Shown here one piece after another: positions 10,053-20,404 of a stretch of DNA of 64,000 bases. The stretch's first letter is position 1. Each line of letters opens with the position of its first letter. The stretch spans positions 124,001-188,000 of IMG/VR virus record IMGVR_UViG_3300036766_002289. One strand, 5' to 3'. The notes beneath the pieces were generated by a model, which was not told the DNA's origin, did not search any database, and was given only the letters and a program-made list of their open reading frames with translations. Both the position numbers and the translations under genes were made by a program.

Positions 10053-10713
10053 ATGGTTGAACCAGAGTCACGTTTGGGACTAAAATAACGCCTTTTTTGA
10101 ATTTGTTTAGTTCTTGCATATATTCATCTTCTTTACAGCAGTCGTGCCATAAGACATTAGGCATTTTTCGCATCCTATTGTTGCCTATTTCATGCCAGAC
10201 GCCGAAGGTTTTGGCAATGTTGAATATGTCATATTCAATAGAATCTCTGTTCTTTTTGATTACCTTTTTAAGGTCTTCCAAATGATTAAGCCAGTGTTGT
10301 GTCTCATAAGCTACGCATTCCGTTCTGAGTGGAAACTTGAAGTGTTCACAGTGATTGCCGTAGGTAGAGTTTGGTTCTCTTTTGATGGTGTTGAATAGGC
10401 TTTTTGTCCAATTAAAAAGAGGAATAAACCTTCTAGACATTTTGACTAAAATATCCAAGTTATTATCTCCAGCCCATAAAAGACCGCTATATAGGGCTTT
10501 CACATCCCCAGCGTAGTGGCCGTGTTTGAATGGTGTCGAGACGAAGTTACAATTATAGTCCTTACATACTTGTTTTAGTGCTTCATCGCCGCTTGAGTCA
10601 TCATGGACAAGAACTGGTATGTTGATACCGTTTCTTTTCATCATTTCCATAGCGAGTTTGATGTAGTCTGGGGTGCCATAAGTGCTTATTATCAGGCCAA
10701 TTGAAGGAGGCAT
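10033..10713 (-). CDS. GT2-like glycosyltransferase
   Basis: IISTY and VLVHDDSS motifs. Confidence 0.5.
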   Translation of the reverse strand: MPPSIGLIISTYGTPDYIKLAMEMMKRNGINIPVLVHDDSSGDEALKQVCKDYNCNFVSTPFKHGHYAGDVKALYSGLLWAGDNNLDILVKMSRRFIPLFNWTKSLFNTIKREPNSTYGNHCEHFKFPLRTECVAYETQHWLNHLEDLKKVIKKNRDSIEYDIFNIAKTFGVWHEIGNNRMRKMPNVLWHDCCKEDEYMQELNKFKKGVILVPNVTLVQPSMPKFW

Positions 10714-10749
10714 AATTTAAACTAGTAAGATATATAGAATAGGCTAAAT

Positions 10750-11601
10750 ATGATTTCTGTACTCTGCCACCTTTACCATCATCACCTTTGGAATGAAATT
10801 AGTACCTCAATATCCCGTATTAAAACAGATAAACAAGTATACGTTAATTTGACTAATGATAAACCATACGAGCAGATTAGCAAAGAGATTAAAAGCAAAT
10901 TTCCAAACGCAAAAATTTCAGTTAGTCCAAATCAAGGTAAGGATATTGGTGGTAATTTAAGACTAATAGACAAATGGATGGGGGACGGTTCCCCTGGAGA
11001 ACTATTAATAGTCTGTCACGGGAAAAACAGAGATGGAGGTTGGAGAAAGGAACTATTTGCTCCATTATTCAGTAATTACGTTCCATATCTTTTTAAGAAT
11101 AATACTAGATTGGGTATGGTTGGCAATAAGAGATGGCTTTATCATCGTTCCCAAGACGTAAATTCAAATTTTTACAATGAATATTGTAAAAGATTTGGAT
11201 TTAGTGATACTAGTATGCATTTCATAGCAGGTACGATGTTTTGCGTGCGAAGTAGTATTTTCAAAGAGTTTTTTTCAAGGTTTAATGCAGCTAATATAGC
11301 CAATGAGTTAGAACATGGTGATTGCAGAGAGCCTTCTAGGACTCACTCTTGGGAGAGATTATACGGTGGAATTATTACGCATTCTCACTACCTAATCAAG
11401 CCAATTGAATATTATGAAGATGTAGACCTTGGTATTTTACAGTCTTTTAATGAAGAATATTACTTGGTTAACAATCCAGACGTTAATAACGTAGTTTTGT
11501 CCAATGATTATTCATCTGGGTTAATTCATTATATTAAATACGGTAGAAAGGAGGGTAGATTAATGACTAAACCTAGAAATAAAGCTCTATTGATGCTATA
11601 A
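10750..11601 (+). CDS. Rhamnan synthesis F (RgpF)-like protein with C-terminal NPDV module
   Basis: CHLYH, NQGKDIG, FIAGTMF, HSWERL. Confidence 0.75.
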   Translation: MISVLCHLYHHHLWNEISTSISRIKTDKQVYVNLTNDKPYEQISKEIKSKFPNAKISVSPNQGKDIGGNLRLIDKWMGDGSPGELLIVCHGKNRDGGWRKELFAPLFSNYVPYLFKNNTRLGMVGNKRWLYHRSQDVNSNFYNEYCKRFGFSDTSMHFIAGTMFCVRSSIFKEFFSRFNAANIANELEHGDCREPSRTHSWERLYGGIITHSHYLIKPIEYYEDVDLGILQSFNEEYYLVNNPDVNNVVLSNDYSSGLIHYIKYGRKEGRLMTKPRNKALLML

Positions 11602-11607
11602 TATTTT

Positions 11608-12438
11608 ATGTCATTGTGTATATTTTCGCATTACGCTGGTTTAGTATTTAATGAAACTTTTTACTTGGAAAATAATCCAGATGTAAAACAGGCTGTTCAG
11701 AATAGAAAATTTTCTAGTGGTCATAGACATTTCTCAGAGTATGGGAAACATGAAAACAGAAAGCATGAATTCCTACCATCAGTCACTCCTAAGTATATCA
11801 ATGTATATTTGAAAGAGCTTTCCAAGCACTTTGGCAAGGTGATACTTGTCAGCAATGCCAAAGTAGAAACAAATTTTCCTGTGGTTATTGTGGAAAACGA
11901 GGGCTATGATTTCGGCATGTGGAAAAAAGTTCTGAAAAACGTTGGTGCAGAAAACAGGATAGCATTAGTGAATGATAGTGTAGTTTTGTTTAATACTTTG
12001 GACCACATATTTAAATGGGCCGAATCTAATAAGTCAGATTTTTGGGGTTTAACTGATTCCAGGGAATTGGCGTATCATATACAGAGTTATTTTATGGTTT
12101 TTGAAATGAAAGCAGTAAGTTTACTCCTAGAATTTTTCAAGAATTATGTCATTGATAATGTTAGAAAGCGAACCATAATGAATGGCGAGTTGGGCTTATC
12201 CAGATTTATGATGAATAATGGTATGAATCTCAAGGCGTTTGTGAGTATGGGAGGCGTTCTTAATCCTCATTTTCATCATTGGAAACAATTGATTGAATCT
12301 GGTGTGCCAATTATTAAGAAGAAAATTGTGATTGGTCACAAAGATTTACCTAGAGTTGATTATAATAATTGGCATCTGGTGGTGCAGAAACACATGAAGT
12401 GGGAATATAATGATATTTTTAGCTATATAGGTGTATAA
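11608..12438 (+). CDS. RgpF-like protein with N-terminal NPDV module
   Basis: ENEGYDFGMW, LVNDS, FWGLT, HIQSYF, GELGLS. Confidence 0.75.
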   Translation: MSLCIFSHYAGLVFNETFYLENNPDVKQAVQNRKFSSGHRHFSEYGKHENRKHEFLPSVTPKYINVYLKELSKHFGKVILVSNAKVETNFPVVIVENEGYDFGMWKKVLKNVGAENRIALVNDSVVLFNTLDHIFKWAESNKSDFWGLTDSRELAYHIQSYFMVFEMKAVSLLLEFFKNYVIDNVRKRTIMNGELGLSRFMMNNGMNLKAFVSMGGVLNPHFHHWKQLIESGVPIIKKKIVIGHKDLPRVDYNNWHLVVQKHMKWEYNDIFSYIGV

Positions 12439-13368
12439 ATGTCAAACAAAAAAATTCTTGTAACAGGTGGTAGTGGGTTAGTAGGATGTGCTTTTCGCAG
12501 GAGCATTCCACATGCAATTTTTATTTCTTCTAAAGATGTTGACTTAAGGGATGAATCACAAACAATGAATTGCTTTAAATATGTTAAGCCTGATTATGTT
12601 ATTCACCTTGCTGGTAAAGTAGGCGGTGTTGCTTCTAATTATAATTACACAGGAACTTTTTTTACAGACAATATTCGTATTAATACCAATGTTTTAGATG
12701 CTTGCAAAAATTATAATGTAGAAAAAGTAGTTTCTTTTTTAAGCACTTGTATCTATCCAGATAAAGCAAACTACCCTCTAATAGAAAATCAGATACATAA
12801 TGGCGAACCGCATTTTACCAATTTTGGTTATGCGTATGCCAAAAGGATGCTCCATATCCAAAGCATGGCATATCGTCGTCAGTATGGATGTAATTTTGTG
12901 TGTGTTGTACCAAATAATCTCTATGGGGAAAATGATAATTTTGATCTACAAAACGCACATGTAATACCTGCTTTAATTCGTAAGATTTATCAAGCTAAAA
13001 TAAGCAATAATTCATTAGATGTTTGGGGAGATGGAGAAGTTTATCGAGAATTTACTTATGTGAATGATATAGTTAAAATTGTCAATTCATTATTAGCTTC
13101 ATCTTATGCTGAAGACATGCCGTTAAATATTGGCAACCCAACAGAAATTTTGCTTAATGATGTAATTAAAAAGTTATGTGAAATCATGGAGTTCTGTGGT
13201 GAAATTAAATACGATATTACCAAGCCAAAAGGACAATTGAGAAAACCTACATCAAATGCATGTTTGCTGAAACTGATGAACGTAGAGTACACAACTTTGC
13301 AAGAAGGACTCAAAAAAACTTGTGATTGGTTTGTTGAAAATTATCCTAATGTAAGAGGCGTGAAATGA
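12439..13368 (+). CDS. fcl: GDP-L-fucose synthase
   Basis: TGGSGLVG, HLAGKVGG, LSTCIYP, YAYAKR, PNNLYG, HVIPALIRK. Confidence 0.95.
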   Translation: MSNKKILVTGGSGLVGCAFRRSIPHAIFISSKDVDLRDESQTMNCFKYVKPDYVIHLAGKVGGVASNYNYTGTFFTDNIRINTNVLDACKNYNVEKVVSFLSTCIYPDKANYPLIENQIHNGEPHFTNFGYAYAKRMLHIQSMAYRRQYGCNFVCVVPNNLYGENDNFDLQNAHVIPALIRKIYQAKISNNSLDVWGDGEVYREFTYVNDIVKIVNSLLASSYAEDMPLNIGNPTEILLNDVIKKLCEIMEFCGEIKYDITKPKGQLRKPTSNACLLKLMNVEYTTLQEGLKKTCDWFVENYPNVRGVK

Positions 13369-13988
13369 GTGAAATATGGAGTGTTTTACATTCATTATTA
13401 AATGAGCCAAAAATAATTGTTGAGATAGGGGCGGCGGATGGTTTAGACACAATAAAACTCCTTAATGTTTTTAAAAATGCACATATTTATGTTTTTGAGC
13501 CAGACCCTAGAAACATTGAAAAATTCAAGAACAATTTAACATCATTGCGTGTGTCTTTTGCGGGAAAAGCAATAAGTAATTATAATGGATTTGGCAAGAT
13601 GTATTTATCGGGTACAGCGGAAAATGCGGATGGCTGGACATATTCTTCTTCTTTGAAAAAACCAAATTTACACTTAGTCATGGCTCCTTGGTGTGTGTTT
13701 AATAAGCAAACCAGAGTAGAAGTTGTGACTTTAGACAGTGCATTAAATCACCTTGAGAGTGAAATAGATTTTATTTGGGCTGACGTTCAAGGGAGTGAAG
13801 GGGAAATAATTGCTGGTGGTCAACAAATTTTAAATAAAACCAGATATTTCTACACTGAATATTATAATGACCAAATTTATGAAGGGCAAATAAATATAGA
13901 CCAAATACAGAAATTACTGCCTGGAACATGGGAGGTTGTTAGCAGGTGGGGGTGTGATGTTCTCTTCAAGAACAAAAGTTTACCTTAA
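13365..13988 (+). CDS. FkbM family methyltransferase
   Basis: EIGAADG, FEPDPRN, IWADVQGSE. Confidence 0.88.
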   Translation: MSEIWSVLHSLLNEPKIIVEIGAADGLDTIKLLNVFKNAHIYVFEPDPRNIEKFKNNLTSLRVSFAGKAISNYNGFGKMYLSGTAENADGWTYSSSLKKPNLHLVMAPWCVFNKQTRVEVVTLDSALNHLESEIDFIWADVQGSEGEIIAGGQQILNKTRYFYTEYYNDQIYEGQINIDQIQKLLPGTWEVVSRWGCDVLFKNKSLP

Positions 13989-14510
13989 TTTAGCAACCAA
14001 AACATCAGTGGATGAAAGACTAGATGGCATAAAAGTAAATCTATAATTTTGGTGTATTTCCAATATTTTTTTAGTAATGTCCTGCAAAGGCGGAATCCAC
14101 TCAGTCCCAGCTAATCTTATATCATCAATTAATATTATGTTGTTTTTAATATCATGGGCTTTTATAGCTTCTAATTCTTCCAATAAGGGGCTGCTTTTTT
14201 TCCCTTTTGCGGTATTACCCCCAGAATAATGTCCATCTAGCCAAAATAAAATTTTTTTGTTTATAGTTTTTAATAGTTGTGGAAGAACCTCAGAAGAATC
14301 TCCAAAATGAACATGAATATTTGGATTTCCAAGAAATTTTTCTTTAGAAAAATCATACCAATCTTTACTTAACTCGATAGTGTGTAATTCTTTAAAGTTA
14401 AATAAACTTGCCAATGAGGTTGTATGACCCGCCTCTGTTCCTGTCTCTACAAAAATATCACAGTCTTCTTTATTTTGGCGGATTATTTCAAACATGTCAA
14501 TATATCGCAT
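13980..14510 (-). CDS. SAM-dependent methyltransferase-like protein
   Basis: FVETGT, TIELS, GDS, FWLDGH, ILIDD. Confidence 0.7.
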   Translation of the reverse strand: MRYIDMFEIIRQNKEDCDIFVETGTEAGHTTSLASLFNFKELHTIELSKDWYDFSKEKFLGNPNIHVHFGDSSEVLPQLLKTINKKILFWLDGHYSGGNTAKGKKSSPLLEELEAIKAHDIKNNIILIDDIRLAGTEWIPPLQDITKKILEIHQNYRFTFMPSSLSSTDVLVAKLR

Positions 14511-14574
14511 AAATTATTTAGTCATTTACAATTATTTTTGGATGCGAGTTTGTAGGGATTGCATCACTGTTCCA

Positions 14575-15363
14575 CTAACTAGGAACTTGTAATGCACATA
14601 ATCTCTTATAAATATTACTTAATTGAAAATCTTCTACGGCATTAAGTATTCCATCATATTGATTAAAAACTCCTGTGTTGTATACAGGCAAATTATTGGA
14701 CGCCCCTCTTTTGATTTTGGCAAGATAATCATTAAAACTTCTGTTCATATAATGATTAATATGAGCTTTAGTGCAAGAGAATGGGGAGAATGGTCCATTT
14801 ATTGCATACCCCAATTCATTAACACAGTATTTGCCATTAATGTAATTGAAAGAATGTCCCTCACGGGCATTGACTACATGATCCAACCTAACTATTGATT
14901 TAATATGTTTATTGACCTCCAGGGATTGCTCCCCCCTTCTAGTAAATGCATGTATTTGTGATCCGCTTTGATTTTCTATTAAATTGTTCGAGCCAAAACC
15001 CAACCAATTTAGTCCTAAACCTCCATAATTTACATAGTTGGCTAATAATTCATCCAAATAGTTATGGCACACATCATTTACAACTATAAATTCGTCGCTG
15101 TCTATAAATGCTGCCCAAGTTACACTGTATCGAAATTTGTTTATAAAATCATCGTATGCGATCATATGTTTGTGCGGCGATGTACTTTCAAACCTAAACA
15201 CCTGAACTTGTCGCATGTCACCCAATAAATATTTTATGTGCGGCGTACTGTTGTTGTCGTAAATGTAAATCATGTCTACGCCGATGAGTAGATGGTAATT
15301 TATCCATTCTTTCAGATAATCTTCCCTTTCGTCTTTTATAATTGAGCAAATAGCTAGATTCAT
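14575..15363 (-). CDS. GT92/GT2-family glycosyltransferase
   Basis: CSIIKDE, EWINYH, IYDNNS, FIDSDEF, KSIVR. Start refined to ATG 15363. Confidence 0.8.
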   Translation of the reverse strand: MNLAICSIIKDEREDYLKEWINYHLLIGVDMIYIYDNNSTPHIKYLLGDMRQVQVFRFESTSPHKHMIAYDDFINKFRYSVTWAAFIDSDEFIVVNDVCHNYLDELLANYVNYGGLGLNWLGFGSNNLIENQSGSQIHAFTRRGEQSLEVNKHIKSIVRLDHVVNAREGHSFNYINGKYCVNELGYAINGPFSPFSCTKAHINHYMNRSFNDYLAKIKRGASNNLPVYNTGVFNQYDGILNAVEDFQLSNIYKRLCALQVPS

Positions 15364-15405
15364 AGCTAAATATCTATGTAATAGTAAGAATTTTTGGGGA
15401 ATAAA

Positions 15406-15951
15406 ATGCCAATACTTGAAAGAATAAACTTGAATAAAGAAGAGATTGAGGAAATTGAAAAAAAAATAAGTTATGAAAGACATGTGGAGCGATATTGTAT
15501 GATTCGGCAGTGGTGCAGAGGAAGAATTTTGGACTATGGGTGTGGGTGTGGCTATGGCTCTTATTTGGTTTCGAAGAACCCAGATGTTAAGTTCATCCAG
15601 GGGTATGACATTAATTTAGAAGCAATTGAATGGGCTAATAAAAATTTCAGTAACGATAAAACAGAGTATGTGTCGTCAATAGAAATTAAAGATTTTGACA
15701 TGTTGCTAGCAATAGAGGTCATAGAACACATAAAAGATAAATCAATTTTACCCGACATCGCTAGTAAAACAAATATAAAAGAAATTATTATTTCTTATCC
15801 ATCAAAAAAAACCACACATTACAATAAATTTCATTATTATGATTACAATACTCAAGAAATTGTTGATTTATTCAATGGTTTTAAATTGTTGAAAGAAATA
15901 AATTTTTATGAAGAATCTCACTTATTGATATTTACAAAGGACTTTATTTAA
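15406..15951 (+). CDS. Class I SAM-dependent methyltransferase
   Basis: ILDYGCGCGYG, GYDIN, EVIEHI. Confidence 0.8.
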   Translation: MPILERINLNKEEIEEIEKKISYERHVERYCMIRQWCRGRILDYGCGCGYGSYLVSKNPDVKFIQGYDINLEAIEWANKNFSNDKTEYVSSIEIKDFDMLLAIEVIEHIKDKSILPDIASKTNIKEIIISYPSKKTTHYNKFHYYDYNTQEIVDLFNGFKLLKEINFYEESHLLIFTKDFI

Positions 15952-16685
15952 TGATTACTGTAATTGATTTGGAAAAATACAGGCTTGGGAACGCATTGTT
16001 TAAGGTAGCGGCGGCATATGCTTTAGCTTTAAGAAACAATGACATTTTTTTGCTGCCAGAATGGAGATATTCTAAGTTTTTCAAAAAAATGCCAGCATAT
16101 CAAGGTGAGACAATTAGCAGCATTTATCATCAGCAAGAGTATCATTACAAGCCTATACCTTATACCCCAAATATGGCAATTTGCATTAAAGATGCTGGAT
16201 ATTTTCAATCAGAAAATTATTTTAGTGATTATGCCAGCGAGGTGCGGGATTTCCTCACCCCTAAATGTGAAAAAGAATTTCCTTTTTTTGATAGCATCAC
16301 ATGCTCGATTCATGTGCGACGAGGAGATTATGTTCAGTTGCAAAATTTCATGCCATTGGTAACAATGGACTATTACAATTTTTGTGTTGCGTTTACGTCT
16401 TTTAAAGAAATTAAGTTCATTGTTTTTTCAGATGATATAGATTGGTGTAAAAAGCATTTTGATAACAATTTCATTTTTGTCGAAGGCAATAGTGATATTG
16501 AAGATTTGTGTTGGATGAGTCAATGTACGCATAATATAATTGCAAACTCTAGTTTTTCATGGTGGGGGGCTTGGCTAAATAGCAATCCTAATAAAGCTGT
16601 ATACGCACCTGCTGTTTGGGTAGGCCCAGGACATAGGGGACTAGATACTAGGGACTTAATTCCAGCTAAGTGGCTAAAAATTTAA
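15951..16685 (+). CDS. GT11 alpha-1,2-fucosyltransferase
   Basis: RLGNALF, GYFQS, IHVRRGDY, FSDD, NSSFSWWGAWL. Confidence 0.92.
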   Translation: MITVIDLEKYRLGNALFKVAAAYALALRNNDIFLLPEWRYSKFFKKMPAYQGETISSIYHQQEYHYKPIPYTPNMAICIKDAGYFQSENYFSDYASEVRDFLTPKCEKEFPFFDSITCSIHVRRGDYVQLQNFMPLVTMDYYNFCVAFTSFKEIKFIVFSDDIDWCKKHFDNNFIFVEGNSDIEDLCWMSQCTHNIIANSSFSWWGAWLNSNPNKAVYAPAVWVGPGHRGLDTRDLIPAKWLKI

Positions 16686-16690
16686 ATTAT

Positions 16691-17464
16691 TTATTTCTCT
16701 AATATCAATAGACCATTGCACAAATCTGTACTAAACACAATCTTACATTTATTTGTTGCCATATATTCATCAATTGCTAGTTTAATTCCTTCTGCCGAAT
16801 TTTCCTCACAGGGAGTAGCACATGTGAAGGTGTCATGAAAAACCAGATACTTTTTGGACTTCGCAGCGTGAATTTCTAATTCATTTTTAACTTGTTCATA
16901 GGAGTGGTGACTATCAAAAAAGATTAAGTCTGTGGTGTTTATTATAAGTTCTTTATCAGCCGTATTATGTTGGTGGAACTCCCATTTCATTAGATTTTTA
17001 CTTTTAAGCCATACTATGAAAGGAGTTTCTTCTATATCATAGCTTTCTAGTTTGCCATCGGCTGGCAAACCATATAAGAAGGCAATTGTGCTTTGTCCGT
17101 GTCGTACACCGAACTCAGTAATGTGCTTACATTGGGATGCGTAGTATTCGAGTACGGGGAAATGTGACACCATATTACTTCTTAAATAAAATGGTAAACT
17201 GCCTACAGTTTCTTCTTTCATTACTATGGTGAGATCATCTGGCACAGTATGATAATAATGTTGTCTTACCTGATCTAAACTTAGTTGGTCGAATTTGAGG
17301 CAGGCATCTCGTCTTTGTCTGGTTTTATTAAATCTGCCTGAACCTTTTTCATTGATGCCATGTTGAAAATAATGGTCGTATGCGTCAACTCCAACTTTCG
17401 CCACATCTTCATTAGCTTTGTAATAATACTCGCTATCGAACAAATTTCTAGGTAAGTTTTCCAT
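16691..17464 (-). CDS. Methyltransferase (Methyltransf_24-like) with N-terminal NPDV-like module
   Basis: TEFGVRHGQST, FFDSHH, VFHDT. Confidence 0.7.
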   Translation of the reverse strand: MENLPRNLFDSEYYYKANEDVAKVGVDAYDHYFQHGINEKGSGRFNKTRQRRDACLKFDQLSLDQVRQHYYHTVPDDLTIVMKEETVGSLPFYLRSNMVSHFPVLEYYASQCKHITEFGVRHGQSTIAFLYGLPADGKLESYDIEETPFIVWLKSKNLMKWEFHQHNTADKELIINTTDLIFFDSHHSYEQVKNELEIHAAKSKKYLVFHDTFTCATPCEENSAEGIKLAIDEYMATNKCKIVFSTDLCNGLLILEK

Positions 17465-17468
17465 AAAG

Positions 17469-18083
17469 TTATAATAGTGAAATTTCTTTAAAATATTGAT
17501 TTTTAATCAATTTAATCTTATCTGGCGCATGAAAATTGTGAATCCCATGATACCCCAATGTGCCTAATCTGAAATATTTTTCACAACAAAAACGCGAAGC
17601 TTCTTCTCTTGGTGCAACTTTAGCTCCAACACTTCCCATTCTATGATGAAAATAGATATCTTCTGACTCGCCATTGTGCCTATGTTTACTTATAACGTCT
17701 AGCGTTTTTGACCTGGACCTTATGGACAAACCACCGTTATAATGTCCCGCAGATGGACCACCAATCCAGTCCCATTGCATAAATTCTTCAATCCCATGCC
17801 TTAATAACATGCTATCGTGTTGAAAAATCAATATTTTTTCATGTGGAATTTGATTCCAGAAACTTGCAGAAGCCAATAAACCACTGTATGAATGTCTATC
17901 TAGATTTCTATGAAGACTTATCTTTGTAGCTCGTAAGTCCTTAAATATTGAAGCGTTAAGATGGTGAAATATGTACAGTTCCCAGCCACTGCCCAGCTTT
18001 TTCATGTGCTTCTCTATGGTCGTTTTTAAATCTGGCAAGTGACGAGTTTCAACTATTACTGCTGCATGTGAATTTCTCAGCAT
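17469..18083 (-). CDS. DUF5672-like glycosyltransferase-related protein
   Basis: IVETR, LIFQHDS, WDWIG, NGGLSIRS, EDIYF, GYH. Confidence 0.7.
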   Translation of the reverse strand: MLRNSHAAVIVETRHLPDLKTTIEKHMKKLGSGWELYIFHHLNASIFKDLRATKISLHRNLDRHSYSGLLASASFWNQIPHEKILIFQHDSMLLRHGIEEFMQWDWIGGPSAGHYNGGLSIRSRSKTLDVISKHRHNGESEDIYFHHRMGSVGAKVAPREEASRFCCEKYFRLGTLGYHGIHNFHAPDKIKLIKNQYFKEISLL

Positions 18084-18158
18084 TTGTAGTATTTACTTTA
18101 CAAATCGAGATTTTGTAGTAAAATAAGTCAGTGCAGACTTAAATAGAGTAGAAGAACT

Positions 18159-18173
18159 ATAGCTTAGTTGTAC
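18159..18173 (+). promoter_or_regulatory. Conserved ATAGCTTAGTTGTAC box, copy 1
   Basis: Recurs at 35155 and 56325; lies 12 nt upstream of the tRNA. Confidence 0.55.
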
Positions 18174-18185
18174 TAGAGGCAGAAT

Positions 18186-18258
18186 CTCAGTGTAGTCTCA
18201 TGGCGGGGCGCTATCCTCATAAGATAGTCCAAAGTGGGTTCGATTCCCACCACTGAGA
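18186..18258 (+). tRNA. tRNA-Met/Ile2 (anticodon CAT), non-initiator type
   Basis: Acceptor CTCAGTG/CACTGAG, anticodon arm CTATC-CTCATAA-GATAG, T arm GTGGG-TTCGATT-CCCAC; no encoded CCA. Confidence 0.9.
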
Positions 18259-18295
18259 CTTCCCCATTAATAATTTATAGGAAACGGGGGTATTT

Positions 18296-18940
18296 ATGAG
18301 CGTTATGACTCAAAAGAAGGTTTTGGTTCTTAACAGGGGTTGGAATCCCATTGCTGTCGTTAATCTTGAGAAGGCCATGTGTCTTGTATGCTCCACATAC
18401 AAGAATGATGAGCCAAAGGCAAGGATTCTAGACGCAACACAGGATTTCAAGCTTTTCACTTGGGCTGATTGGGCAGAACTAATTCCAGCCGCAGGTGAAC
18501 CTATAATTCGTAGTGCCAAAGCTGACTTCCGTTGCCCTGAAATTATCCTGTTAAGTCGCTATAACAAGCTACCACAACAGAGAATTCATTTCAGTCGTCG
18601 CACAATATACAAGCGTGATAATAACACTTGTCAATATTGTGGGGCTAAGCCAGGGACTTCTGAACTTTCCATTGACCACATTCTGCCAAAATCCAGAGGT
18701 GGAAAAACGGATTGGACTAACTGCGTCTTAGCTTGCACCAACTGCAATAGGAAGAAGGCAGATCGTATCCTTAGCTGGAGGAACACTGCTACTGAAGTAA
18801 ATATGAAGCTTCTCAAGCAGCCGAAGAAGCCTAAGTTTACTTTCTACAAGGGCGACTACCGTTGCAAGTCTTGGGAAAGTATTCTTGGAGTTTCCTACTG
18901 GTTATGTGAGCTTCAAAACGACATGGACGAAGACTCTTGA
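18296..18940 (+). CDS. HNH endonuclease (McrA-like)
   Basis: CQYCG, SIDHILPKSRGG, CTNCNRKK. Confidence 0.88.
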   Translation: MSVMTQKKVLVLNRGWNPIAVVNLEKAMCLVCSTYKNDEPKARILDATQDFKLFTWADWAELIPAAGEPIIRSAKADFRCPEIILLSRYNKLPQQRIHFSRRTIYKRDNNTCQYCGAKPGTSELSIDHILPKSRGGKTDWTNCVLACTNCNRKKADRILSWRNTATEVNMKLLKQPKKPKFTFYKGDYRCKSWESILGVSYWLCELQNDMDEDS

Positions 18941-18991
18941 GGTTTGGTAAACTATTTTTGGAAATATTCGGTTGGCACACTATATTATAGT

Positions 18992-19915
18992 ATGTCAACC
19001 GAATATTTATTTACAACTGAGCAATGGTCAATAATCAACGGTTCTTTGTTGGGTGATGGACACATTACTAATCAAAGATATGGAAATTCCGCTTTCGCTA
19101 AAAACCAGTGTGGAAAACATGAGGATTATTTAAAGTGGCATTTTGATAAACTTACACCTTATTCATGTTCTATAAAATATTATGATAATTATTGTCTTGG
19201 TAAAAAATACGATAGAATTAGTTTTAGGACTAAATCAAATTTGTCTTTCGCAAAATTAAGGGAAAAATGGTATCCATCAGGCAAAAAAATTATTCCACAA
19301 GATTTAAAGCTAGACCCATTAACTATAGCTGTTTGGTTTTTTGATGATGGATCGAATAGTATTAAGTCTAGGTGTTGTAAATTCGCAACCTATTGTTTTA
19401 CCAAAAAAGAATGTGAATTCTTAGCGGAAGAATTAACTAACTTTAATATAAAATGTAATATTTCTAAAAAAAATGTTATAATAGTTAAAACTCAGTCTTA
19501 TAAGGAACTAGTTGATTTAATTAAGCCTTACATGTTATGGGATTGTTTCAAACATAAAGTTCAATACAGAGACTCTGAGCTAAGTTTTACCACAGAAGAA
19601 GAAGCGTTAAAAATTTTTGAGTTATTTAAATCAGGTGACACACAAAGACAAATCGCCAAGAAAGTCGGAAGAAGTACAACACTGGTTTCGACAATTCTAC
19701 GGGGGTGCAGAAAACATTATCTAGGACTGTCTGTTGCCAAAGAGGGAGTTTCATTAAACAATACAACAGGATTTACTGGAGTTTGTTGGGAGAAAAATAG
19801 AAATAAATGGCGGGTGGATGGTAAGAAAAATAATAAAAATGTGTACTTAGGCAGATTCAAAAAGAAAGAAGACGCAATTAAGGCTAGGAAAAATTGGGAA
19901 ATTAGGAATAAATAA
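18992..19915 (+). CDS. LAGLIDADG_2 homing endonuclease with HTH and AP2-like tail
   Basis: INGSLLGDG, VWFFDDG, GFTGVCW...YLGRF..KEDA. Confidence 0.85.
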   Translation: MSTEYLFTTEQWSIINGSLLGDGHITNQRYGNSAFAKNQCGKHEDYLKWHFDKLTPYSCSIKYYDNYCLGKKYDRISFRTKSNLSFAKLREKWYPSGKKIIPQDLKLDPLTIAVWFFDDGSNSIKSRCCKFATYCFTKKECEFLAEELTNFNIKCNISKKNVIIVKTQSYKELVDLIKPYMLWDCFKHKVQYRDSELSFTTEEEALKIFELFKSGDTQRQIAKKVGRSTTLVSTILRGCRKHYLGLSVAKEGVSLNNTTGFTGVCWEKNRNKWRVDGKKNNKNVYLGRFKKKEDAIKARKNWEIRNK

Positions 19916-19918
19916 GGT

Positions 19919-20404
19919 ATGTCATGGGCAGATTTCATAGCTTGGTTAATTTCGCTTTTTAAGAAGCCAACACCAACTCCGCAACCAACTCCAGTTCCTA
20001 GTAATTTTACTATACAACTCCTAAATTTGCATAATGCTCATAGAAAGCAAATAGGAGTTCCTGCATTAACATTGAATCCCATTTTAAATGGTACAGCACA
20101 AAAACATTCTAATTGGATGTTTCAAAACAAGACCTTGGACCACAATGAAAGTGGTGTATCGCCAGGACAAAGAATAACGGCAGCAGGTTACATTTGGCGA
20201 GCGTATGGCGAAAACATAGCATATGGTTATGCAACACCAGATGCTGTATTCGCTGGTTGGATGAGTTCAGCAGGACATAGACAAAACATAGAATCGCCTC
20301 TTTACAAAGACGCTGGTTTCGGGTTTAATGGCAATTACTGGACAGCTGATTTTGCTAAGGGTTTAATGGCAATTACTGGACAGCTGATTTTGCTAAGGGT
20401 TTAA
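19919..20404 (+). CDS. CAP/SCP domain protein (C-terminus altered by 38-bp triplication)
   Basis: LHNAHR, GENIAYG, WMSSAGHRQNI, YWTADF. Confidence 0.88.
   Translation: MSWADFIAWLISLFKKPTPTPQPTPVPSNFTIQLLNLHNAHRKQIGVPALTLNPILNGTAQKHSNWMFQNKTLDHNESGVSPGQRITAAGYIWRAYGENIAYGYATPDAVFAGWMSSAGHRQNIESPLYKDAGFGFNGNYWTADFAKGLMAITGQLILLRV

Noticed and set aside
18186-18258. Initiator tRNA-fMet
   Set aside because: It has a paired C1-G72 and lacks the three G-C pairs in the anticodon stem.
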